A stretch of 41,798 nt of DNA from a virus, in IMG/VR virus record IMGVR_UViG_3300045988_016066, positions 1 to 41,798 of that record; one strand, 5' to 3'. A program made the translations under genes and the position numbers. Position 1 is the first letter of the stretch, and every line of letters starts with the position of its first letter. Shown here piece by piece: positions 33,102 through 39,919 of the stretch. The notes beneath the pieces were generated by a model. The model did not search any database, was not told where the DNA came from, and worked only from the letters and a program-made list of their open reading frames with translations.

Positions 33102-33428
33102 ATGATTCCAATACGTGCCAAAAGAATTTTGAAGGAACTTCGAGATGAGGAAAGCGGCTCTTTGTCTATCGCCGAGCTTGAGACGCGGACGGGGTTTTCG
33201 TATCAGAAAGTGCGGAACTTGTGCGACTGTCTGATTGATATGGGTCTCGTTCTGCGCGGCACGCCAAAGGCTTATACATCGGATTATGTTGTTATCACCG
33301 CCAAAGGAAGATATAGACCTATTTATATTTTCAATGCCGGAGCGGATTTTCTCGCAAGGAGCGTCGTTGTCCCGATTCTTGTTTCTGTTGCGGCGGCGAT
33401 CATTGTTCTGTTAGTTCAGAGCGCGTAA
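33102..33428 (+). CDS. Membrane-anchored winged-helix protein (108 aa)
   Basis: AAAGGGGA RBS. LSIAELETRTGFSYQKVRNLCDCLIDMGLVLRG (wHTH) and a C-terminal TM segment VVVPILVSVAAAIIVLLV. Confidence 0.65.
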   Translation: MIPIRAKRILKELRDEESGSLSIAELETRTGFSYQKVRNLCDCLIDMGLVLRGTPKAYTSDYVVITAKGRYRPIYIFNAGADFLARSVVVPILVSVAAAIIVLLVQSA

Positions 33429-33763
33429 GGGTTGTTAATATAGATTTCGTCCGGGTCGATTATAAAACGGCTGGTTCCGTATGTGTGCTCGGCGTAGTTG
33501 CTGACTGTCCACTCGGATTTCTCAAAATCCTTGCAATCTACATCCTTCCGGCAAGCGATAGCAAAGGCGCGTCTTTTATAAACGTACACGAAACAATGTT
33601 TGCAGCCGGTACACTCAATGCCCTTTAACGGTAGCATTCCTTTTTCCGTCGCTTCTTTTATTGCCTTGTTAAATGATTTTTCCGTTTCGAGAGAAACTGT
33701 AAGCTCGTTCAGTTTTTCTTTCAGCTCCGAATTTTCCCTTTCAAGCTGATTTCTCGTTTTCAT
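33416..33763 (-). CDS. Coiled-coil plus Cys-cluster protein (115 aa), unknown
   Basis: AAAGGAGGA RBS. N-terminal coiled coil, then GIECTGCKHCFVYVYKRRAFAIACRKDVDCKDF. Convergent with 33102..33428. Confidence 0.65.
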   Translation of the reverse strand: MKTRNQLERENSELKEKLNELTVSLETEKSFNKAIKEATEKGMLPLKGIECTGCKHCFVYVYKRRAFAIACRKDVDCKDFEKSEWTVSNYAEHTYGTSRFIIDPDEIYINNPYAL

Positions 33764-33785
33764 CGTCGTATCCTCCTTTTATTTC

Positions 33786-33809
33786 GTCGGCTTGAAATAC
33801 TGCGTCCCC
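33786..33809. repeat. Left arm of 24-bp long-range inverted repeat
   Basis: gtcggcttgaaatactgcgtcccc pairs with 33988..34011 (23 Watson-Crick pairs plus one G-U on the plus-strand RNA). Confidence 0.9.
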
Positions 33810-33813
33810 TCGG

Positions 33814-33951
33814 ATGGGAGGTGGGAAAATCAAGAGATTCTATACAGATTCGTTTGCCGAGGCGATCTCGCTCATCGCCAAAGGCTGGAAGCTGGATAGT
33901 GTCGCTTATTTCGTCAACGGCGACGGGATAAGCATCATCCTATCTAAGTAA
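33814..33951 (+). CDS. Micro-ORF A (45 aa), paralog of micro-ORF B
   Basis: MGGGKIKRFYTDSFAEAISLIAKGWKLDSVAYFVNGDGISIILSK. Entirely enclosed by the 24-bp inverted repeat. No clear SD. Confidence 0.35.
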   Translation: MGGGKIKRFYTDSFAEAISLIAKGWKLDSVAYFVNGDGISIILSK

Positions 33952-33987
33952 CCTAATCCAAGCGCTTTTATATCCCCCGCAGACTTC

Positions 33988-34021
33988 GGGGATGCAGTAT
34001 TTCAAGCCGACCTGTTTTTTT
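33988..34021 (+). terminator. Right arm of the 24-bp inverted repeat followed by T7 (terminator-like on plus strand)
   Basis: ggggatgcagtatttcaagccgac ctg ttttttt. A local alternative hairpin atcccc-cgcagacttc-ggggat (33972..33993) competes for the same GGGGAT. Confidence 0.5.
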
Positions 34022-34050
34022 AACACTGTGCGTCCTTCCGGGAGAAGGTG

Positions 34051-34212
34051 ATGTGCATAAAGACTGTTACAACGTACAATGCCGCCGAAGCAAAGCGCCT
34101 AATTGCTAACGGCTACGTTCTGGACAGCTTATTTTATTTTGCAAGACAATTAAAACATCTACAACGTGCGTGTGTCAAGGAGAACCATATATGTTTTATG
34201 ACAATGTTTTAA
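34051..34212 (+). CDS. Micro-ORF B (53 aa), paralog of micro-ORF A
   Basis: GGGAGAAGGTG precedes the ATG. MCIKTVTTYNAAEAKRLIANGYVLDSLFYFARQ.... 15/31 identities with ORF A (IK..T...AEA..LIA.G..LDS..YF). Overlaps the repressor start. Confidence 0.35.
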   Translation: MCIKTVTTYNAAEAKRLIANGYVLDSLFYFARQLKHLQRACVKENHICFMTMF

Positions 34213-34520
34213 AACTCTGTGAGGCTCGGGGCGTAAAGATCACAAACGTAATAACCGAGCTTGGCTTTAGTCAAGGGAATCTGTCTAATTGGAAAAACGG
34301 ACGCGTTCCGCGTGCTGATTCAATAAGGAAACTCGCCGACTACTTCGGCGTACCTGTTGATGCTCTGATATACGGCGACGGTGCTGCCAGCAATCCGGCC
34401 CCGGCCATCATTGCAGGTGTTTCGGATACCAAGAGAGAACTGATCGAGCTGATTCTTTCCCTGCCGGATGATAAGGTCAAGATTCTGCATCAGATAACAA
34501 AAGCTGCACTTGATTTATAA
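34191..34520 (+). CDS. XRE-family HTH repressor (CI-like, 109 aa)
   Basis: ATG at 34191 after AAGGAGAACC. MFYDNVLKLCEARGVKITNVITELGFSQGNLSNWKNGRVPRADSIRKLADYFGVPVDALIYG, plus a C-terminal helical tail. Confidence 0.8.
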   Translation: MFYDNVLKLCEARGVKITNVITELGFSQGNLSNWKNGRVPRADSIRKLADYFGVPVDALIYGDGAASNPAPAIIAGVSDTKRELIELILSLPDDKVKILHQITKAALDL

Positions 34521-34587
34521 ACCATTCAAACTGTTCCTCCGTCATCTGGCAAATCATTTCTACAAGCTCCTTTCGCTCTTCTTCCAT
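34477..34587 (-). CDS. Antisense micro-ORF (36 aa) with strong SD, overlapping the repressor 3' end
   Basis: aataAGGAGGTcgaaATG. MEEERKELVEMICQMTEEQFEWFINQVQLLLSDAES. Confidence 0.3.
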   Translation of the reverse strand: MEEERKELVEMICQMTEEQFEWFINQVQLLLSDAES

Positions 34588-34627
34588 TTCGACCTCCTTA
34601 TTTTATTGCCTTTCGACAAATTTCGCC

Positions 34628-34656
34628 TTGATTCTATCGGTAAAAAGAGTTATTCT
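34628..34656 (+). promoter_or_regulatory. Putative promoter for the Sie-like gene
   Basis: TTGATT-17 nt-TATTCT, 42 nt upstream of the ATG at 34699. Confidence 0.45.
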
Positions 34657-34698
34657 AAACATATCCACAACAAAAATTAAAGGAAAGGGAATAGCACT

Positions 34699-35139
34699 AT
34701 GAAAAATGGGAAAATGGTTGTATGCAAGTGCTGCGGCGCAGAAATCGCAAAGAGCGCTAAGGTATGCCCTAATTGCGGAGCGCGGCGCGGTCGTAAGTGG
34801 TGGCAGATTGTTCTTGGCATTATTATTTTGATTTCCGGCATTGGTACGTTAGCCGGAACGTTCGGCGATTATACGGCATCGTCTCCGAGCGCAACAGCGA
34901 AGCCGGACACTACAATTTCAATGTCCGAATTTAAGCGTATCGAAACCGGAATGACATACGACGAGGTTGTTGAGATCGTGGGGACAGACGGCGAACTCTC
35001 TACCTCCGTCGATATGTTCGGAAGCGAGCTGAAAACGGAAATGTACGTCTGGCGCGGGAACGGTTCAATAGGCTCAAACGCGAACGTTACATTTCAAGGC
35101 GGTACGGTCATTGCGAAATCACAGGTAGGGCTTAAATAA
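34699..35139 (+). CDS. Zinc-ribbon / single-TM protein with extracytoplasmic domain (superinfection-exclusion candidate)
   Basis: VCKCCGAEIAKSAKVCPNCGA, TM segment WWQIVLGIIILISGIGTLAGTF, then an ~85-aa domain (SMSEFKRIETGMTYDEVVEIVG...VWRGNGSIGSNANVTFQGG). Lies between the repressor and integrase. Confidence 0.7.
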   Translation: MKNGKMVVCKCCGAEIAKSAKVCPNCGARRGRKWWQIVLGIIILISGIGTLAGTFGDYTASSPSATAKPDTTISMSEFKRIETGMTYDEVVEIVGTDGELSTSVDMFGSELKTEMYVWRGNGSIGSNANVTFQGGTVIAKSQVGLK

Positions 35140-35142
35140 ATC

Positions 35143-35174
35143 GCCCCGGCATTGGCGGCAACCTCTGCCGGGGC
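35143..35174 (+). terminator. GC-rich hairpin after the Sie-like gene (no U-tract)
   Basis: GCCCCGGCA-ttggcggcaacctc-TGCCGGGGC. Confidence 0.4.
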
Positions 35175-35330
35175 ATCGGGGATGTGGTAAACCGACACGT
35201 CTGCCACGATTCAAGCGTACCCCGTTCTGTTTATAAAGTCCATGTTGTAAATCACAAATCAGGAGGAAAATTCAAGAACCGTTCCCAAAACTGTTGGGAA
35301 ATCCAACAACTGAATGGAGATGTAAAAAAA

Positions 35331-35891
35331 GTGTCCGCGCTCACAGACCTACAGCCTTACTTAGATGATTATCCCACCAAAATTCGCAAGGCGAAAAATG
35401 CCAGCGGCTTCACCCTGCAAGAGTTGTCTGACCTGTCCGGCGTACCCTATAACAACGTATGCGACACAAATGCAGGGCGGGTCAAGCACCCGCTCCTTTT
35501 TTATGCCGCTGCCACTTGCAAGGTATTGAATCTATCACTGAATGAGCTTGTCGGTCTGGATGAACAGCCGGACACGCAGTATGTCCATGAGCTGGAATTG
35601 GAGAACGTGCGGTTATCCGGCGAGGTAAAGCATCTGCAAGAAATGAACGCAGGGATGAAAAAGCAGGTGGAAACGCACACAAGGACGATTTATATGCTCA
35701 TCGGCGTATGCAGTATTCTTTTATGTGCCGTTGTGTGGTACGTCATTTTTGACATTCAGGTAGAGACCGCCGGGATTTTCCGCTCGGCGGGGACAAGCGT
35801 TTTTGCGGGCGTCCTCGCCCTGATACTGAACGCAGCCGTCGCAACTATCATTTACGCGTTCAAAAGCATCCGCAAAGGGAGAAAGAAATGA
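35331..35891 (+). CDS. Membrane-tethered XRE-family HTH protein (coiled coil plus two C-terminal TM segments)
   Basis: IRKAKNASGFTLQELSDLSGVPYNNVCD...LNLSLNELVG. TM segments are IYMLIGVCSILLCAVVWYVIF and VFAGVLALILNAAVATIIYAF. Stop overlaps the integrase ATG (ATGA). The GTG at 35331 is chosen as start and is uncertain (the ORF track starts at 35184). Confidence 0.6.
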   Translation: MSALTDLQPYLDDYPTKIRKAKNASGFTLQELSDLSGVPYNNVCDTNAGRVKHPLLFYAAATCKVLNLSLNELVGLDEQPDTQYVHELELENVRLSGEVKHLQEMNAGMKKQVETHTRTIYMLIGVCSILLCAVVWYVIFDIQVETAGIFRSAGTSVFAGVLALILNAAVATIIYAFKSIRKGRKK

Positions 35892-37516
35892 GACTGACAC
35901 ACGGAGCGTACATTCTTGCGCGCTTCTCAACCGACAACCAGGAGGTAGACAGCATCGACGTGCAGGTGCAGAAGTGCCGCGAGTGGTGCGCACGGGAGCA
36001 TCTGCCTGTGCTGGACGTGTTCGCTGACGAGGCTACATCCGGCATGAAGAACACGCGGCCGGAGTATTCACGCATGATGCGCCAGCTCGCCGACGGCGGC
36101 GCGGACACGGTTGTTATCTACGATCAGTCACGAATGTTCCGCAAGCTGACGGCATGGTTTCAATTCCGCGAACAGATGGCGTGCTACGGTGTGCGCGTTG
36201 TTGCCGTGACGCAGCCGATCATCGGCGGCGATCTGCGCGACCCGATGACGTTTCTGTCCGAGGGCAGCATGGCTCTGATGAATCAGATGTGGGTGCTTCA
36301 AACGCGGCAGAAGGTAATCGAAAAGATGCGTTACATGGCGGAACAGGGAAAGCACACCGGCGGAAAGCCGCCGCTTGGGTACGACGTAGAGGACGAGCGC
36401 CTTGTCATCAACGAGGATGAGGCTGAAACCGTACGTGAGATATTCCGGCAGTACGCCGCGGGGAAATCGTATCGGGAAATAATAAAATGGCTGAACGATT
36501 CCGGGAAGCGCACCAAACGCGGCGGATGCTTCGGAACGAACAGCCTGCATGACCTGTTGAAAAATGAGAAGTATATCGGGAATATTGTGTACGGCAGGAG
36601 CGAGCGCCGACCGGACGGTACGCGAAATTCGCATTCTTTTTCTATCAGAACCATGCGGATGGAGAACGCCGTCCCGGCAATCATCGACCGTGAAACGTGG
36701 GAAAGGGTGCAGAAGAAGATGGAAGATAACCGACGTGTGCAGGCTGGCAGGCCACCGAAGGCACGAGAATACCCGCTCAAGGGGAAAGTGTTCTGCCGCG
36801 AATGCAAAAGCGCCATGACGATCGTCAGCTCGAAAAAGACGTATTACTATTACGCGTGTTCAGGGAAAAAGCGAACCGGGCAATGTGATAATCCGCAGAT
36901 CGGCGCAGGAGAGCTGGAAAACATCGTCGCTGATGCTATACGCGAAATCCTGGGAAATCCGGGAAACATAGAAAACATTATCAGCATTATCCGAGAAGAG
37001 AAAAACGAAATAATCAACGTCGCCACACAGCGGATGCAAATTCTTCTCGCCCGAAGGATGGAAATCAACCGGCAGCTCGAAGCGGGAACAAATGCGATTC
37101 TTGCGGGGCTGCACAGCCAGACATTGAAAACGAAGATGCAGGAGCTTGAAGAAGAGCTTGCGGAAATTGACCAGCAAATGACAACGCTGAAACACAGCGC
37201 CGATGGTACGCAGATACCAGAGGATCGCCTTAGGGCGCTGTTAAACGCCGCAGGAGACGATATAAACGCGCTTTTGTCGTTGGTAATGCGCGTGGAAGTC
37301 GGCAAAGACAAAATCGTTGTATGGACGCTTCTGGACGCAGACCCTGACGGACATTTTGACTTTTCCGAAGATGGAATAAACATTGACTTACAGCCGGTAG
37401 ACCGAGGGGACGAAAATTCAGGGTGTCCCCTCACCGGTACCATGAATTTCCATAACTTTTTCATCGCAGGCGGGCTACTAAGATTCAGCATACCGCGAAA
37501 GAAACGCTGGGGTTAA
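35888..37516 (+). CDS. int: Large serine recombinase (phage integrase)
   Basis: 542 aa. N-terminal resolvase domain GAYILARFSTDNQEVDSIDVQ (catalytic Ser context), recombinase domain, zinc-ribbon CRECKSAM...YYACSGKKRTGQC, and a C-terminal coiled coil. Confidence 0.9.
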   Translation: MRLTHGAYILARFSTDNQEVDSIDVQVQKCREWCAREHLPVLDVFADEATSGMKNTRPEYSRMMRQLADGGADTVVIYDQSRMFRKLTAWFQFREQMACYGVRVVAVTQPIIGGDLRDPMTFLSEGSMALMNQMWVLQTRQKVIEKMRYMAEQGKHTGGKPPLGYDVEDERLVINEDEAETVREIFRQYAAGKSYREIIKWLNDSGKRTKRGGCFGTNSLHDLLKNEKYIGNIVYGRSERRPDGTRNSHSFSIRTMRMENAVPAIIDRETWERVQKKMEDNRRVQAGRPPKAREYPLKGKVFCRECKSAMTIVSSKKTYYYYACSGKKRTGQCDNPQIGAGELENIVADAIREILGNPGNIENIISIIREEKNEIINVATQRMQILLARRMEINRQLEAGTNAILAGLHSQTLKTKMQELEEELAEIDQQMTTLKHSADGTQIPEDRLRALLNAAGDDINALLSLVMRVEVGKDKIVVWTLLDADPDGHFDFSEDGINIDLQPVDRGDENSGCPLTGTMNFHNFFIAGGLLRFSIPRKKRWG

Positions 37517-37535
37517 TCCCCAGCGTTTTCTTTTT
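37502..37535 (+). terminator. Intrinsic terminator of the integrase operon (stop codon in the loop)
   Basis: AAACGCTGGGG-ttaat-CCCCAGCGTTT followed by tcttttt. Confidence 0.8.
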
Positions 37536-37564
37536 GAAAAATTTCCTTTTTCCCAAATTTCTTA

Positions 37565-37593
37565 TTGACATATCACCAACTTGGTGGTAATAT
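37565..37593 (+). promoter_or_regulatory. Near-consensus promoter TTGACA-17-TAATAT with a 6-1-6 palindrome in the spacer (also an attP candidate)
   Basis: TTGACAtatCACCAAcTTGGTGgTAATATaat. The imperfect dyad extends to tattgacatatcaccaa/ttggtggtaatataata (12 of 17 positions). Confidence 0.6.
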
Positions 37594-37647
37594 AATAGAC
37601 GTAAACAGAAAATACAGAGGGGTTGAGCCCCGGAAAGGAACAAAAAA

Positions 37648-37920
37648 ATGAAATTTGAAATCATCGACAACCGCGAGCTTGATCTGAAAGGCAAGGGGTA
37701 CAAATGGAGCGACGCACCGTTGCAGTACGACAAAACCGTCCTTGACGACATCCGCCGCACCCGCGGCGAGAATTACGCCGACGACCTGAGCGACAATCTT
37801 TTCGACGGCTACTCCCCGATCTGCCGCGGCGAAGACGGCGAGCTGTACTCCGTGCTCTTCGACTTCGGCGGCGACGCTCCGCGCCCGGTGTTCTGGTGCA
37901 AGGTGGCAGTAAATGAGTGA
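37648..37920 (+). CDS. Acidic hypothetical protein (90 aa), first gene of a two-gene module
   Basis: GAAAGGAAC RBS. MKFEIIDNRELDLKGKGYKWSDAPLQYDKTVLDDIRRTRGENYADDLSDNLFDGYSPICRGEDGELYSVLFDFGGD. Confidence 0.65.
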   Translation: MKFEIIDNRELDLKGKGYKWSDAPLQYDKTVLDDIRRTRGENYADDLSDNLFDGYSPICRGEDGELYSVLFDFGGDAPRPVFWCKVAVNE

Positions 37921-38089
37921 GATCAAGGCGCTGCGTGAATCGACCGGGCTCACGCAGCGCGCCTTTGCAGAGCTGCTTGGAATCCCGAAACGAAGCATTG
38001 AAAACTGGGAGAGCGGTGTTTCCAAACCGCCGGAGTACGTCGTCCGGCTGATTGCATTTTACATTGCGAACAAGGAAAAGGAGGGCTGA
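37913..38089 (+). CDS. Small XRE-family HTH protein (58 aa)
   Basis: Not in the ORF track. Overlaps the upstream stop by 8 nt. MSEIKALRESTGLTQRAFAELLGIPKRSIENWESGVSKPPEYVVRLIAFYIANKEKEG. Confidence 0.75.
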   Translation: MSEIKALRESTGLTQRAFAELLGIPKRSIENWESGVSKPPEYVVRLIAFYIANKEKEG

Positions 38090-38110
38090 AAAGCCCTCCT
38101 TTTTGCTTTG
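38079..38110. terminator. Bidirectional terminator between the convergent plus-strand module and the minus-strand cassette
   Basis: AGGAGGGCT-gaaa-AGCCCTCCT followed by ttttgctttg. The upstream flank gives TTTCCTT on the other strand. Confidence 0.8.
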
Positions 38111-38111
38111 C

Positions 38112-38666
38112 TCACTCAACGATGCATTCATAATACCGGACAAGCTTATCCTCGTCCGCGTCCTTATCGCAAAGGAACGCTTCGGCAAGGTCGGCGTAAA
38201 ACTCCGTGTTGTTGACGTTGAATTTCTTTGCCACCTTGTAATAGTCCGAATACAGCATGTTCATGGCGACGTAGAACTCCATCGGATCACAGTCTATTTT
38301 CTTCTGCTCAAGAAGATTCTTGGTCTGGTCATAGCTCCAATGCGCGCCCCTGCTGCCGTCCTCATTCTCAAGGCCACGCATCCACTCGTCCGCCATTTCG
38401 CGGGTCATGCGGTCGTACCCTCCGGCATAGCCGCGGTCGTACTCGCCGCCGTAGCTCTCGCCCATACGAGGCTCGTAGGAGAATCCAATTCGGCGGCGGT
38501 CGTCGTAGTAGTCCGTGTATTCGTCGCGGTAGTCATTACGCGGAGCATAGCGCCCGTTGTTGTAATGCTCGCGGCCTCGGCTGTCGCGGTATCTGTCCTG
38601 CGGCTCATAGTCACGGTTATTCTGTATCTGGTAGTCTCGGATTCGTCTTATTCTGTCCGCTCTCAT
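38112..38666 (-). CDS. Cassette protein 5: Arg/Asp/Tyr-rich low-complexity N-terminus plus globular C-terminal domain, unknown
   Basis: 184 aa. RDYQIQNNRDYEPQDRYRDSRGREHYNNGRYAPRNDYRDEYTDYYDDRRR..., then MTREMADEWMRGLENEDGSRGAHWSYDQTKNLLEQKKIDCDP. Confidence 0.7.
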   Translation of the reverse strand: MRADRIRRIRDYQIQNNRDYEPQDRYRDSRGREHYNNGRYAPRNDYRDEYTDYYDDRRRIGFSYEPRMGESYGGEYDRGYAGGYDRMTREMADEWMRGLENEDGSRGAHWSYDQTKNLLEQKKIDCDPMEFYVAMNMLYSDYYKVAKKFNVNNTEFYADLAEAFLCDKDADEDKLVRYYECIVE

Positions 38667-39052
38667 GTCGTCGCTCCTGTCTCCGCGTTAATGGCGGTAA
38701 GATCATTGCTCGGCGAGCAGCACGGCTTCCCGATCATTCGGAACGTGCCGCCCGTGGCGTTGGTGACTACAATCGTGCTGTACTTCGTCCGCGTCCGCAC
38801 ACCACATGCAGTTACGGGAGCGCAGCAACGATTCGTCAGCGGGAACTGCGCCGTTCCCGCGCCGATGGTAAACACGACAGGTGCGTTAATCGTCGCCGTC
38901 GTTGGGATGCTCTGCGCCAGAACGATACAGTATTTTTCACCGTTGGAATAGTTGCCGTCCGGGAGGTTGACAACCAGATTTCCGCCGGTAAACGTGATCG
39001 ACTGGCTAAGGATCAGCCTTTTGCAAAGCTGACATACAGGTTTGCAAGCCAT
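38663..39052 (-). CDS. Cassette protein 4: Cys-rich beta-type protein (129 aa), unknown
   Basis: AAAGGAG RBS. MACKPVCQLCKRLILSQSITFTGGNLVVNLPDGNYSNGEKYCIV...NRCCAPVTACG...GKPCCSPS (10 Cys). Confidence 0.7.
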   Translation of the reverse strand: MACKPVCQLCKRLILSQSITFTGGNLVVNLPDGNYSNGEKYCIVLAQSIPTTATINAPVVFTIGAGTAQFPLTNRCCAPVTACGVRTRTKYSTIVVTNATGGTFRMIGKPCCSPSNDLTAINAETGATT

Positions 39053-39067
39053 TTTTAACTCCTTTCA

Positions 39068-39087
39068 GGGGCGGGATGTCCCGCCCC
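39068..39087 (-). other. Intercistronic GC hairpin
   Basis: GGGGCGGG-atgt-CCCGCCCC between cassette genes 3 and 4, with no U-tract. Confidence 0.6.
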
Positions 39088-39097
39088 GATCACATTT

Positions 39098-39817
39098 TCA
39101 GCACCCGCAACAGGTGTTCTGGTTGCAGCAGTAAGGGTTCTGCACCTGATACGCGGGAACGGGGGACGGGCGCAGCGCGTTAATGAGCGTCGCGTTCTGG
39201 GCACTCTGGGACGCGGCCAGACGCAGCGCCTGGTTGTCCGCTTCAAGGCTCTGAATCTTGCTCTGCGTGAGGAAATCGAGGATAGCGCGGGTTCCGGCGT
39301 TCTGGTTGTCCGTGATGTCGCGAGCAGCATTCTGGATGGTGTTCCGAGTATCGCACGCCTGCGTAGCCATGTCATAGCGCACCTGCGCGATAGCCTGCCG
39401 ATTCTCGCAGCAGCAGTTCTGGTTCTGCATCTGCATGGCGTTAAGCTGCTGCATGAGCGCCGCCTGCTGATTGCATCGGGCAAGCTCCGCCGCAGAGAAT
39501 CCGCTCGTCACGGCCTGCGTCACACCGGCAAAGCCGTTAAGCATTCCGGTATTCATCGCGTAGAAGCCGTCACAAACGCCATTGTTCACCGCGTCGATCT
39601 TGCGCTCAATGTTCGCATAGTCAGAGGTAAGAACATAGCCATCGACTACACCGCCGGAATTACCGCCGCCGCCGAAGCCATAGCCGCCGTTGCCCCAACC
39701 GAAAATCAGCGCAAAGATGATGATAGCCCACCAACCGTCACCGCCGAACATCCCGCCGCGGTTGGAATTTCCGTCGCCCTGTCCGGCGAGGAATCCGCTC
39801 ATAAAATCGTCTGCCAT
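39098..39817 (-). CDS. Cassette protein 3: Gly-rich N-terminus, one TM, Gln/Asn-rich helical region, Cys clusters (239 aa), unknown
   Basis: ATG at 39817 after ATAGGAG. MADDFMSGFLAGQGDGNSNRGGMFGGDGWWAIIIFALIFGWGNGGYGFGGGGNSGG...NQNCCCENRQ...YCCNQNTCCGC. Confidence 0.7.
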   Translation of the reverse strand: MADDFMSGFLAGQGDGNSNRGGMFGGDGWWAIIIFALIFGWGNGGYGFGGGGNSGGVVDGYVLTSDYANIERKIDAVNNGVCDGFYAMNTGMLNGFAGVTQAVTSGFSAAELARCNQQAALMQQLNAMQMQNQNCCCENRQAIAQVRYDMATQACDTRNTIQNAARDITDNQNAGTRAILDFLTQSKIQSLEADNQALRLAASQSAQNATLINALRPSPVPAYQVQNPYCCNQNTCCGC

Positions 39818-39825
39818 AGAAAAAA

Positions 39826-39914
39826 CTCCTATCAGTTTATTTACATCCGGGCGCGCGCCTCCCGTCTGCATTCGAGAAGCGGCTTTTTGTCAAGATGCCG
39901 TAAACTGATAGGAG
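39826..39914 (-). promoter_or_regulatory. 14-bp perfect long-range inverted repeat that pairs the SD of cassette gene 3 (followed by U6)
   Basis: Minus-strand RNA: CUCCUAUCAGUUUA (39914..39901) - 61 nt - UAAACUGAUAGGAG (39839..39826) - UUUUUUCU - AUG. Confidence 0.75.
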
Positions 39915-39919
39915 AGTGT

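Noticed and set aside
33786-34011. DNA inverton (phase-variable invertible promoter) flanked by the 24-bp inverted repeats
   Set aside because: No recognisable promoter lies inside the 178-bp segment, and there is no dedicated small invertase. The single arm difference is a G-U compatible only with the plus-strand RNA. The right arm is followed by a T7 tract. An RNA-level element is therefore more likely, although read-orientation analysis could still test for inversion.
33814-34212. Arbitrium-like (AimP) signalling peptide genes
   Set aside because: There is no AimR-like TPR receptor gene nearby. The micro-ORFs lack signal peptides and look like small folded domains rather than pro-peptides.
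35184-35330. ORF-track N-terminal extension of the membrane-tethered HTH gene (start at 35184)
   Set aside because: The extension translates to non-native sequence (MVNRHVCHDSSVPRSVYKVHVVNHKSGGKF…) and overlaps a GC hairpin region. An in-frame GTG at 35331 sits just ahead of the HTH. The start remains uncertain.
39098-39817. Cassette protein 3 as a RiPP/bacteriocin precursor because of the C-terminal CCNQNTCCGC
   Set aside because: At 239 aa with a TM segment it is far too large for a precursor peptide. No modification enzymes (radical SAM, LanM, YcaO) or transporters are present in the window.
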